Notes under the pieces: generated by a model
Seen by the model: only the letters and a program-made list of their open reading frames with translations
What the model was told of the DNA's origin: nothing
The model's database searches: none
Shown here: one piece after another, positions 14,187-23,683 of the stretch
Numbering within the stretch: position 1 is the first letter of the stretch
Layout of the letters: every line of letters starts with the position of its first letter
Position numbers and translations under genes: made by a program
NCBI GenBank assembly: GCA_030620455.1
Contig: JAUXEQ010000001.1
Coordinates: 1 to 37,240, forward strand
Length of the DNA stretch: 37,240 nucleotides
Direction of reading: 5' to 3'
From: a bacterium
GTDB lineage: Bacteria; UBP14; UBA6098; B30-G16

Positions 14187-17100
14187 CTATTCTCGCTCAA
14201 TCCCTTTCCAAACAGCGATCTTGCGCATAACTACTTTATCGCCAAAATCAACAACAGCAATGTATCCGCCGTTTGCTACAACTTCCCCCTCATCATTCTC
14301 ACCTTTCCAAATAATTTCACCTGCTCTGGAATCGCTTTTAAGGTGCTTTTCACCAGTCCAGACCAAATTACCAAACATATCATAAATTTCAATTTTAATA
14401 ATCGCACCCATTTCTTTTGCCTTAAGCATTATATGGGTAATCTCATTGGTGCTCGGATCGAACGGATTAGGGAAATTTATTACTTCTTTATCTGAAGGAT
14501 CGATTATAATCTTATATGTTCTTGTTTCAGAGGGATTCTCCGCTCTGTCGAGAACTTGTGCATAAAGCAGTCTAGCGCCTTCTCTCAATGCATCCATGTG
14601 CTCATCTGATAACACTGCACCTACTGGATAGTATGGTTCGTCTGCAGCATGATATAACACTACAGGATTGTCAGGGCTAAATTGCAGTATTTGAACATTA
14701 TAGTCGAAATCAGGAGACTCATCTACCATAAGAGCATATACTAATCCCGGATATGTATCCTCAGGATCGAAAATTGTAATCTGCACATCGCTCTTATCAG
14801 ACCAGTTAGGATCACCGGAATCTTCATCTCGAGCCTCTATTTTTTCCATTGTCGGAGTAATTGTGTCCAAAATTATATCATCGTGATTTACAGGACTTTT
14901 ATAGCTTCTATATTTAACCTGACAGAAAACATTTTTAATTTCATTAACCAGAGATGCAAATTCAAACTCAGAGGTTCTACTGAATTTAATCCATGAGCGC
15001 GAATGTAAAGCCTCTTTGGATTCTGCGAACCGCATCGAGTCAGGTTCATCGACTGTGTTTATAACTGTAATAACCGATTTGCTATTTGTAAATTCGCTAT
15101 CGAGAGTGTCATTAGGAGCTACAACTTTGAAATCAAATTTATTCCATATCTTAAGGGAATCCACTATACTCGCATTACCTGCAGAATCGACTACGACTAC
15201 ACCGATTTTATACAGGATTCCCGGATCTAATAAATCAGCCAACGGGAAGAAAACGTTATAATCGTCTTCTCCAACATCCCAGCTTCTATTGTAAACAGAA
15301 CATAATTTTGTGTCAATTTCCGCAACATGGAAACATACTTTCCAAAGATGTGGTTCAACTATATACATCGGAATTGTATCGGGAAATCTCGTGGTATCGT
15401 AGAATTCAAGTGGATTGAAAGAGAAATTTGGAGGAGTAATGTCATAACCACCATTAACAACTGAATTACGCCAGTTACCTGCACCATCCATTGCACCACC
15501 AATAATACGGAAAGCAGCTTCTGTCGTATCTATGATTAACTCGATGCTATCGTTCGGATATCGAACTACTATCCCAGAATCGATGGGTAGATAAGATCGT
15601 CCGGGGTCCCATAATGTCGATGCGAATGGACCAAGGAAATGTAAGGAATCCACACCAGATAATTCGTCGGTTGCAAGTGGTATCGATGCATAAATTTCTC
15701 TCTCATTAGCCCAACCCATGTGAGCTTTCCAAATGTTTGGCCACATTTCAAACGACGTAGTATCCCAAACGGTAAAACCTTCTGGAATATCTGGGAGTGT
15801 TTGATCTAATATTATCGAATCTTTAAACATAGGAGAAACTGTATGAGCAACGGATCTTATCCAACCATAGACAACTTTTATTCCATCTCCAGCAGGTAAA
15901 GTATGTGTAACATCAGTGCCATGAAGATATTCAATCCATCTTGGATCCTCTGGTGGGATTGGCATCGTATCCATTGCCAAATAATATGATTCACCGGTTT
16001 GACCTGTTACGTCAAATTTAATACCTACAATTGTCGAATTAGTATATTGTGTAATCCGGGGTCTATCCAGATCGTAAAGAGTCATCGATGCTGAAATTTC
16101 CTTACTGTATCTAATCGATGCGTTTGCCATAAGGCTTATATTCCCGGCATTGTCTTTTACTGCTATGTAAAGCGTTTTTGTATCTCCCGGTTCCTCGAGG
16201 AAAGTATATGTATCTATACCGGTGGAATTGAACTTTCTCCATCGTGTAGATAGGTCACCGGGCCAATGTCCGGGATTCTCAAAGAAGGCTATGTAAGCTG
16301 GTATATATGGATCATCTGTGGCATCGGTCTCTACAATAACTGTTAGACTATCAGTTTGATCGGAGGATCCAGAGTTTAAATCGCGAAGAGTTACCAAACT
16401 TATCTCTGGTCTCTTTGTATCTAACGTTATTTCAAAATATTTTTCAAGCGACCAATTTCCTGCCGAATCTTGAACGAACCCATTAACTCTATAACTACCG
16501 TCACTACCGGGAAGGTCGAAATTCAATGGTTCTGCAAAATTCCAGGGATCAATTATCTCAAGCGCATCAACCTGGATTTTTCTCATAAATATTCCAGTAC
16601 CATCTGGGAATCCCGGGATAGCTCTATCATATGCAGAAAAAATAGCCTTCACATTAGCTTTATTTGTATAATGTGTATCAGCAATTTCAGATGTGTCGCT
16701 GGCATTAAATCCGGTTGAAATATCTAGAACTTTGAAATCATCAAGAATGGGATTTCTAGTGTCAAGAATTATACAGCGAGTATCTGGGTCAGTAAAAGGA
16801 CCATATTCGCTATAACCTCTCGCGATAATGCATCTTTCCCCATCTCCCTCAGAGAAAACGTGAACGATTGTCGTGTCTTCTCCGGGAGGTAACGGTTCTA
16901 CATCGTATCTAACTTCGATAAGACCGTCATTGAGTATTACGTAATGTATATCATCATTATAGCTAACGGTTACATTAACTCTTGTAGAATCGGTATAAGT
17001 TCCAGTTAGATCTGGTCCGTTAATATCTTTGATGCTTATAAGTTCTACAATACCATTGAAAGGATTGTAACATATTGAATCGTGTGCAGCATTTGAGATA

Positions 17101-18800
17101 TTACCTGCGGAATCCTTAACAACAACCCAAATATGCATCCAGTCACCCTCTGAAAACCCACTGAACCCAAAGCTAACTGTATCATCAAAATCACGCCATT
17201 CAGCGTCAGGAATGTTAGCCAAATCGGCATAATTCTGTGTAAGATACATTTTATAGAATGGTGTACTCCCCGGTTCAGGTACAATGTTAATCAATACATT
17301 CTCAACATCGGTCGAATCGAAAGGCAATCTTGTCGATAAATCAAGAATAGTTACTGAGCGTAAGGATGGTGGGTTAGTATCGAGAATAATATTACCTATT
17401 TTAGATGTAGAATAGTTACCAGCAAAATCCTTTAGCTTAACATAGAACTCTCTTAACCCGTCACCAGGATTCATTATATAAAGATAATGTACAACTGGAA
17501 GGTATTTAAACACCTGTAAATTATCGAGGAAAGTTGGACCTTCAGATACATACACACTTTCAACACCCGATGCATAAACATCACCGAATCGTGGTGGGTC
17601 TGTTGCATTAAATGGATCGACCCATATATTTACACTGTTAGTATAACCGCCTTCTGCAGGGACATCTGTGGGATGTGGTGTTAGTGTCGTATCAGTCGAT
17701 GTTACTCTGTTAAATTCCGGGTCTCGAGTATCGATGTTAATTGTAGCCTTAGGAGCTAAAGCATCCTCAATATTTTCCGCTGAGTCGATAGCCTGAAGGA
17801 AAATTTCATAATGTCCATCGGATACTGGACTAAATAAAAGACTATCGTTAATGTTAAGAGCACCAAAATATTCTCTGACAGTATATTCTGTTATAAGTCC
17901 AAAATCTTTTTTATACAGTAGTTTAATAATATCCACACCACTATATAAATCACCACCATCGAAAAATAGAGAACAGTAAGGCACGGTGTAATACGTCAAA
18001 AGCCCCGATGTTTCTATATTCGACCAAGGTTTTTCCGTATCGAATCTTGTCCATGTCTGCATATCGGCTAAACCACCAGGAACGCTGTTGGGATCTATTG
18101 TATTACCCAACCTATCCTCACCTGCAAGAAAGAATTCATAGTATCCATCACCACCGACAGATGCGGAATTAAAACTCACTGAAGAAGAAATCGGTGATCC
18201 ACCAGGAAGTGGTTCATCACCATACAGAGTCCATGTGGACATGGAATCGGTTCTGAAGTATATGTGAATTTTTCTTACGTCGCTAACAATTGCATCTTCT
18301 GTCTTGAAGAATACGTCCTTTCGAACAACATTAGTCCATCTATTTAATGTATCTATAGCAACAGTTGGTGGTGTATTATCTTGTCGAGAACATGTATATC
18401 GAGACCAATCGGAAAAAACCCATATTCTCCCTGATACCCTTTGCCTATATTGTATTCTATAGCAATATCTAACTCCACTTCGCAATGCATCATCCGCAGG
18501 ACTGGCATCAAGATTCAATCCTATTGTATATTTGTTCCCAGGAGCACTCGATGTGGGAATAGGGAAAATAGAATAAATTGGATCAACTAAATCTGGGAAA
18601 ACAGGAATTCCATCTGCATCAACAACCTGGATATGAAAAGCAATTGTCGGATCGATGGCAGCACTGGGTGGTAATGACCAGCTCAGTTCGCAAGTAGTAC
18701 CCTTTGTATAATCAGGAAGAAGATTCAATGTCGGAGCTGGAATCCCCAAAGCTAAGCCGACAAGGGCAAATATGCATCCTATTATTATATTCCACCTCAT
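14187..18800 (-). CDS. 1537-aa surface protein: N-terminal FN3-like module, about 12 tandem Ig-like modules, T9SS-type/FlgD-Ig-like C-terminal sorting domain
   Basis: SD AAGGAG lies 8 nt before the ATG. Signal peptide MRWNIIIGCIFALVGLALG. Module boundaries D-[TQ]-x-x-P recur (DNTPPTV, DTEKP, DTRDP, DTNPP, DTRNP, DTKRP, DQTLP, DITPP, DTITP), as do late-strand D-x-A-G-N motifs (KDFAGN, KDSAGN, QDSAGN, KDNAGN, MDGAGN, VDSAGN). C-terminus: VINFPNPFDPSTNEITHIML...IEIYDMFGNLV...IIWKGENDEGEVVANGGYIAVV. Confidence 0.85.
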   Translation of the reverse strand: MRWNIIIGCIFALVGLALGIPAPTLNLLPDYTKGTTCELSWSLPPSAAIDPTIAFHIQVVDADGIPVFPDLVDPIYSIFPIPTSSAPGNKYTIGLNLDASPADDALRSGVRYCYRIQYRQRVSGRIWVFSDWSRYTCSRQDNTPPTVAIDTLNRWTNVVRKDVFFKTEDAIVSDVRKIHIYFRTDSMSTWTLYGDEPLPGGSPISSSVSFNSASVGGDGYYEFFLAGEDRLGNTIDPNSVPGGLADMQTWTRFDTEKPWSNIETSGLLTYYTVPYCSLFFDGGDLYSGVDIIKLLYKKDFGLITEYTVREYFGALNINDSLLFSPVSDGHYEIFLQAIDSAENIEDALAPKATINIDTRDPEFNRVTSTDTTLTPHPTDVPAEGGYTNSVNIWVDPFNATDPPRFGDVYASGVESVYVSEGPTFLDNLQVFKYLPVVHYLYIMNPGDGLREFYVKLKDFAGNYSTSKIGNIILDTNPPSLRSVTILDLSTRLPFDSTDVENVLINIVPEPGSTPFYKMYLTQNYADLANIPDAEWRDFDDTVSFGFSGFSEGDWMHIWVVVKDSAGNISNAAHDSICYNPFNGIVELISIKDINGPDLTGTYTDSTRVNVTVSYNDDIHYVILNDGLIEVRYDVEPLPPGEDTTIVHVFSEGDGERCIIARGYSEYGPFTDPDTRCIILDTRNPILDDFKVLDISTGFNASDTSEIADTHYTNKANVKAIFSAYDRAIPGFPDGTGIFMRKIQVDALEIIDPWNFAEPLNFDLPGSDGSYRVNGFVQDSAGNWSLEKYFEITLDTKRPEISLVTLRDLNSGSSDQTDSLTVIVETDATDDPYIPAYIAFFENPGHWPGDLSTRWRKFNSTGIDTYTFLEEPGDTKTLYIAVKDNAGNISLMANASIRYSKEISASMTLYDLDRPRITQYTNSTIVGIKFDVTGQTGESYYLAMDTMPIPPEDPRWIEYLHGTDVTHTLPAGDGIKVVYGWIRSVAHTVSPMFKDSIILDQTLPDIPEGFTVWDTTSFEMWPNIWKAHMGWANEREIYASIPLATDELSGVDSLHFLGPFASTLWDPGRSYLPIDSGIVVRYPNDSIELIIDTTEAAFRIIGGAMDGAGNWRNSVVNGGYDITPPNFSFNPLEFYDTTRFPDTIPMYIVEPHLWKVCFHVAEIDTKLCSVYNRSWDVGEDDYNVFFPLADLLDPGILYKIGVVVVDSAGNASIVDSLKIWNKFDFKVVAPNDTLDSEFTNSKSVITVINTVDEPDSMRFAESKEALHSRSWIKFSRTSEFEFASLVNEIKNVFCQVKYRSYKSPVNHDDIILDTITPTMEKIEARDEDSGDPNWSDKSDVQITIFDPEDTYPGLVYALMVDESPDFDYNVQILQFSPDNPVVLYHAADEPYYPVGAVLSDEHMDALREGARLLYAQVLDRAENPSETRTYKIIIDPSDKEVINFPNPFDPSTNEITHIMLKAKEMGAIIKIEIYDMFGNLVWTGEKHLKSDSRAGEIIWKGENDEGEVVANGGYIAVVDFGDKVVMRKIAVWKGIERE

Positions 18801-18840
18801 ATTTTTATCTCCTTTTCATTATTATTTTCAATTATTAATA

Positions 18841-21800
18841 TTATCTGATTAAAATGACATTACTTATTGAACTGAATTTTTGCCCAGAGGCATCAACTAT
18901 GTATACTCCGCTGGGTAAAGCACGATCTGAATTATCTTTTCCATCCCACACAAGATTCAATATGCCCGGTTGAACAATGTCACTGTAAAGTTCTCTAACT
19001 GTTTTGCCTTTGATATCTCTAATGGAAACTGTCATCATATCCTTAGAGGGTATTGTAATCGCAATATTTACTTGAGCATTGAATGGATTAGGATAGGAAT
19101 TAATATTGAAGACTAAAGGCTTTGGATCGTAAGTAACTTCATATTTACCTGCTTGAAGTGGATATACATCGCCTTCATTAAGCTCATAATGAATACCCAT
19201 TCCTGAAATTTCCCATCTACCGTCAAGCAAACTTTGAACAGTTAGGTTAATCTCTTCGGGAACCTCGACAGTCCAATTCCCTGAATATGACAATCCTTTT
19301 AAAAGCATTTCATCCTCGTCACCAACAATATAAGACGGATAAGTCGTGGTCGGTAACGGAGGCATAATCACGTCATAACCATCGATGGCAAATTTTAACT
19401 TTTGGCAACCAAAAACTAAACTTGCATCGATAGGAAAATTAACAAAGCCCTTCAAGGATCCGCTATATCGAATATTTACTGTGGCATCTGTGGACAAAAG
19501 CATGAAATAACCTTTTCCAGCCTGCAACTCTTCAGCACTCACAAATCCTGAATCTGGATGATAACCTAAGACATTAGTTCGAGGATAAAAAGCTCCCAGA
19601 GGATTAACAGTAAAAACAGCATTACAAGCTGGGTCTCTTTTCGATAACCCTCCAATTATATGCCAACCACTACCGGTCAATCTTAACGAAAGCGATGGTA
19701 TGCTATATCCATCAATAGATTGATAGTGATCAACAATGCTGAGAATCCAATATCCAACTCCAACTTCGAGATCATAGGCATTTTCATACATTTTAGTTGC
19801 CGTATTATATTTGAAACAGTTGCCCAAAGGAATGTATGGGAATATTTCGTCTAACCTCATACTTGAAGGTATTAAAGGAAGACTAATTAAATTCCAACCT
19901 CTATAAAAATGGATCGTATCACTTTTACCTCTAAATAATGTATCTTCAAACTCAATCCATTGTGAATATGCACTTTCGTTACCATATTGGTCAATTGTAG
20001 CAATATGGAAAAATCTAAATGGTGCACCAACAATGATCGTATCTGGAAGTCTAATCGTGTCTCGTCTAATAGGTTTTTCTCTCCAAACAAGAAGAGAGTC
20101 ACCGGTGCATAACCATTCCGCTGCTGCCGTATGTTCTACTCTATACTTATTGAAATCAGACCAGCCAGGTGGTCCATAATCTGAAGGTGTAATATCTGTC
20201 CATGTAACAACAATCCAAATTTTGCTATCATGCGCTATATCCATATATACAGTATCAATTTCCACTGGATATGGTGGTGTATGAGGTGCAAATCCTTTTT
20301 GCCGTGGTTCAGATAGATCTTCTGATAAATTACCAAAACTATCGGCTACAACAATTGTATAGTAATTAGCTCTGAAATTATCCATAGGATCTGGATCGTC
20401 ATCGATAAATTCGTAAGAGGGTGCCCCGCTGTGAGATATCGATGCAATTAGGTCACCAATATTACCTTCAATACTCGATCTATAAATATCATAAGATTCA
20501 ACACCAATACCATCGTCAAAAGAACCGGGAAATGTAACGCTTACCATAAGTTCGTTCGTGCATTCAGCAATAGATTTAAGATCGTTAGCCATTACAGCCC
20601 GAGGTGGTGTTTGATCAAAATGTGTGACAACATAATTAGAAACAGCCTCGTTATTAATATTATCCCAGACCATAACTCTAAAGAAGTATGGTCCTTCAGA
20701 TATTCCATGAATAACGCATGTTAATGTATCCCAATCTGAACAATCGTAATCATCTGGATTTGAGAGCGCGATGTCATGAATCGACGAGAACATATAACTT
20801 ACTATTTCATCGGTAAATCCACTTCTTCGAGACTGTTCTACCATCAAACGAGTGATATCACAATGACTTGTATCTATTATTGTTAAAACAACAGAGTCAG
20901 CTTCACTCCATCGAGGTAGATCAATGAGTATCGGTGGAGCAACGCTTTTATCCGATTTCGTGCGAGTTCCCCCACCGAATACATAATGACCGACATGGTC
21001 AAAAAACAGGAGATAATAATAGTATTCTTTCCCATCAATAAGTCCTTCACCCACGTCCCACCAATAATAGTATCCTGTATCTTTATATTCTTCAATATTA
21101 AATACTTTAATATAAGAACGAGTAGTATCTAATATTGCCTCATCTTCAAGAGTATCGAATTCGTCTGCCAGAAGTCTATAAAGTCGGATTTCGGCTAATC
21201 CCGTTCCGCAATCAATTTCATCCTCAAAAGAAGTCCAAAATCGGATTACAATATCCCCATCATCATTGGGATTCGCAATAATGCTATCCGCACCTCTTAA
21301 AGGACCATTTATATCCGCAATAACGGTTTCTCTTTTATTATACCACTCTAAAATAGTATCGGGGTCTGTTGACCTTGCTCGTATTCCGAATATATATCTA
21401 TGGCAATCTTCCATAGCCCAATCGTTATGAGGTTGATCCCGCCATGCTGAAAGAAATGTGTCCCCCTCAGCTACATCTATTAATCTGTATTGATATTGCA
21501 TTTCCGGTCTTGGATAACAATGTTTGCTACTTTTTACTGTAAAATTGTCGGTAGTAATAACATTCGGAATTGGTTCGAGAATAGCGCACATTGGCATACC
21601 GCACTCCCCTGGACCTGATGTTACTACTTCATGCCATGGATTACCAGTTCTGGGATGATAACCAAGCGGTCCAGGAGGTAATCCTGCGCTGTCGAAAGGC
21701 ACAACGACATAATAGTATCTCTTTCTAAGTTCTATCGATTCATCTGTATAGAAATACATTATTGATCCGTCCTCGAAAACCGAATCGATAGCAAGGGTAA

Positions 21801-22323
21801 TATTATCGATAACACTAACTTTGCGTGGATCTGTAAACCGATATATTTTGTACATATGTATTGCAGATGCATTATCCTCAGCTCTTTCCCAGATAAGCTC
21901 GACCCTCTGAGGTGGATCACCACAGTAAAGAGCAATGAAGTATGGCACTACAGACGGTGGTTTTATGTCGTGAGTGATATCGATGGGAGCTGACCAATCT
22001 GAAGTATCTGCTCCAAAGGTTGCTCTAACCCGATACCAATATCTTTCACCGTCGTTGGCATTCAAAAATTTGCAAGTGTCCGCTTCAATGAATACTGTTG
22101 TTGAATCTGAACCACCAAAACTTCGATGTATGCGTCTAAACTGATATTTAGTTCCCGTGGGATTTCCGCTGCATGCCGAGTCAACTTTTGCAGTTATCGA
22201 AGCATATGGATAATAATAATGTCCTAATACTGGTGGATTCATAAGTTCTGCACATAAAGGTCCTATCTGCCCCAAAGCTAAGGAAAATGCCAAGAGCATT
22301 GTCAAAAAAACCAGCTTCCTCAT
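18841..22323 (-). CDS. 1160-aa surface protein: multiple FN3-like modules, GWNL/GYW domain, T9SS-type/FlgD-Ig-like C-terminal sorting domain
   Basis: The track ORF starts at 22395 and overlaps the M23 gene. The internal ATG at 22323 follows AAGGGGGAG and gives a clean signal peptide, MRKLVFLTMLLAFSLALGQ. FN3-like ends: YWYRVRATFGADTSDWS, YYYVVVPFDSAG, YIFGIRARS, YFFRVMVWDNINNEA, NYYTIVVADSFGNLS, FFHIATIDQYGNESAYS. Then FYRGWNLISLP...VGVGYWILSIVD...GKGYFMLL. C-terminus: INSYPNPFNAQVNIAI...VSIRDIKGKTV...LVWDGKDNSDRALPSGVYIV. Confidence 0.85.
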   Translation of the reverse strand: MRKLVFLTMLLAFSLALGQIGPLCAELMNPPVLGHYYYPYASITAKVDSACSGNPTGTKYQFRRIHRSFGGSDSTTVFIEADTCKFLNANDGERYWYRVRATFGADTSDWSAPIDITHDIKPPSVVPYFIALYCGDPPQRVELIWERAEDNASAIHMYKIYRFTDPRKVSVIDNITLAIDSVFEDGSIMYFYTDESIELRKRYYYVVVPFDSAGLPPGPLGYHPRTGNPWHEVVTSGPGECGMPMCAILEPIPNVITTDNFTVKSSKHCYPRPEMQYQYRLIDVAEGDTFLSAWRDQPHNDWAMEDCHRYIFGIRARSTDPDTILEWYNKRETVIADINGPLRGADSIIANPNDDGDIVIRFWTSFEDEIDCGTGLAEIRLYRLLADEFDTLEDEAILDTTRSYIKVFNIEEYKDTGYYYWWDVGEGLIDGKEYYYYLLFFDHVGHYVFGGGTRTKSDKSVAPPILIDLPRWSEADSVVLTIIDTSHCDITRLMVEQSRRSGFTDEIVSYMFSSIHDIALSNPDDYDCSDWDTLTCVIHGISEGPYFFRVMVWDNINNEAVSNYVVTHFDQTPPRAVMANDLKSIAECTNELMVSVTFPGSFDDGIGVESYDIYRSSIEGNIGDLIASISHSGAPSYEFIDDDPDPMDNFRANYYTIVVADSFGNLSEDLSEPRQKGFAPHTPPYPVEIDTVYMDIAHDSKIWIVVTWTDITPSDYGPPGWSDFNKYRVEHTAAAEWLCTGDSLLVWREKPIRRDTIRLPDTIIVGAPFRFFHIATIDQYGNESAYSQWIEFEDTLFRGKSDTIHFYRGWNLISLPLIPSSMRLDEIFPYIPLGNCFKYNTATKMYENAYDLEVGVGYWILSIVDHYQSIDGYSIPSLSLRLTGSGWHIIGGLSKRDPACNAVFTVNPLGAFYPRTNVLGYHPDSGFVSAEELQAGKGYFMLLSTDATVNIRYSGSLKGFVNFPIDASLVFGCQKLKFAIDGYDVIMPPLPTTTYPSYIVGDEDEMLLKGLSYSGNWTVEVPEEINLTVQSLLDGRWEISGMGIHYELNEGDVYPLQAGKYEVTYDPKPLVFNINSYPNPFNAQVNIAITIPSKDMMTVSIRDIKGKTVRELYSDIVQPGILNLVWDGKDNSDRALPSGVYIVDASGQKFSSISNVILIR

Positions 22324-22381
22324 AAAGCTCCCCCTTAATTTATCAATTTTTTTGGATATTTTACTAAACTTAACTTTGCAT

Positions 22382-23647
22382 CTATCCTTGTTCAAGTGAA
22401 AAATCCTTTTTTAAAGAATTATTTGAATTTGCATTGACAAAAATCTGTACTCCTTTAATAATTGAATCTGCATACTTTTTAAATATTTCCAAATATTTTT
22501 TCTTTACTGGTGGTCCAGTTGGAAAGGCATATTTTTCTGGATTAACAAACTTTCCGTTTACTTTAACTCTGTAATCGAGATGCGGACCAGTGGAAAGCCC
22601 AGTTGAACCGACATATCCTATCACCTGTCCTCGTTTTACTTTCACACCTTTCCTGATACCTCGGGTAAAACGCGATAAATGTCCATACATAGTTTCTATA
22701 TTATCCTTACCGGGGTGTTTTATATGGATAAATTTACCGAACCCTCCTTTCCATCCGCAATATACTACAGTGCCAGAACCCGATGCGGATACAGGAGTAC
22801 CAATAGGTGCAGCATAATCTATACCCTTATGTGGTCTGTATATCTTCAGTATCGGGTGAAAACGGCGATAAGAGAAATGAGAACTTATTCGACTGAAAAC
22901 GAGAGGGCATTTTAAATGAGATTTTTTCATCGACTTTCCTTTAAGATTATAATATCCCTCAGTTCCAGTAGGATCAGAATAATGTATAGCAGTATAAGTT
23001 TTCACTCTATCAACTAGTTTTTTAGTTGCCTTATCTCTTTCTTTGTAAGATTTACTATACTCCGCTAAGAGAATTTTTCCAATTCCCACAATTTCATCCC
23101 TGAAAATAAGTTTCTCGTATACTATTTTAAATCGATCCCCTTTGCGAGTCTCAGTGTTAAAATCGATATCATAAGCAAGGACATCTGTGAAATCGTAAAT
23201 AGCTCTCATTTCAATGGATTTGCTAAACATAGACTCGGATAATGTATTCTCAACAACTCCCTGTGCAGAGAAAATTACTTTTCTCAAAGGTATTGTATCC
23301 TTAGCGACTTGAAATGTATCTCCTATTTTCTTTACAGTATATTTTTCCCAACGAGAACGAGTAACCTCAAATTCTAGAAGATTCTCCAAGCTATCATATT
23401 CAATCGAGAAATGATCCCCAGGATAAATCTTTCCCATATCGAGAACCGATGAAATGCAAGAGATCGCTTGATTAACAGCCTTAAACGGAATGCCACGATC
23501 AATTAGAACCTGTGAAAGGGTTTGATTCGTATATACATCGCCTTGAGCAATGCAAGTCATCCCCTCAATTGGTTCAATCGAGATAAGCAGCATGTTTAGT
23601 ACTGCAAACATTGCGATCGAAGAAATTTTATACTTATAAGAACCCAT
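22382..23647 (-). CDS. M23-family (LytM/MepM-like) peptidoglycan metalloendopeptidase
   Basis: Catalytic motifs HKGIDYAAPIGTPV, MYGHLSRF and GSTGLSTGPHLDYRV. N-terminal membrane anchor plus a MepM/Csd3-type N-domain. No obvious SD, so the exact start is uncertain. Confidence 0.88.
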   Translation of the reverse strand: MGSYKYKISSIAMFAVLNMLLISIEPIEGMTCIAQGDVYTNQTLSQVLIDRGIPFKAVNQAISCISSVLDMGKIYPGDHFSIEYDSLENLLEFEVTRSRWEKYTVKKIGDTFQVAKDTIPLRKVIFSAQGVVENTLSESMFSKSIEMRAIYDFTDVLAYDIDFNTETRKGDRFKIVYEKLIFRDEIVGIGKILLAEYSKSYKERDKATKKLVDRVKTYTAIHYSDPTGTEGYYNLKGKSMKKSHLKCPLVFSRISSHFSYRRFHPILKIYRPHKGIDYAAPIGTPVSASGSGTVVYCGWKGGFGKFIHIKHPGKDNIETMYGHLSRFTRGIRKGVKVKRGQVIGYVGSTGLSTGPHLDYRVKVNGKFVNPEKYAFPTGPPVKKKYLEIFKKYADSIIKGVQIFVNANSNNSLKKDFSLEQG

Positions 23648-23683
23648 TTACATCGTTTTAAAAAATGAATCAACATCCTATTA

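Noticed and set aside
14187-22323. The giant proteins as RTX/RHS/polymorphic toxins, or as a diversity-generating target
   Set aside because: They have no Gly-Asp nonapeptide repeats, no YD/RHS repeats and no C-terminal toxin-like module. I found no reverse transcriptase and no template/variable nucleotide repeat pair. Their C-termini are sorting domains.
22324-22395. N-terminal 24 codons of the 1184-aa track ORF (MNKDRCKVKFSKISKKIDKLRGSF)
   Set aside because: They overlap the 3' end of the M23 gene and have no SD. The ATG at 22323 has a strong SD and gives a canonical signal peptide.
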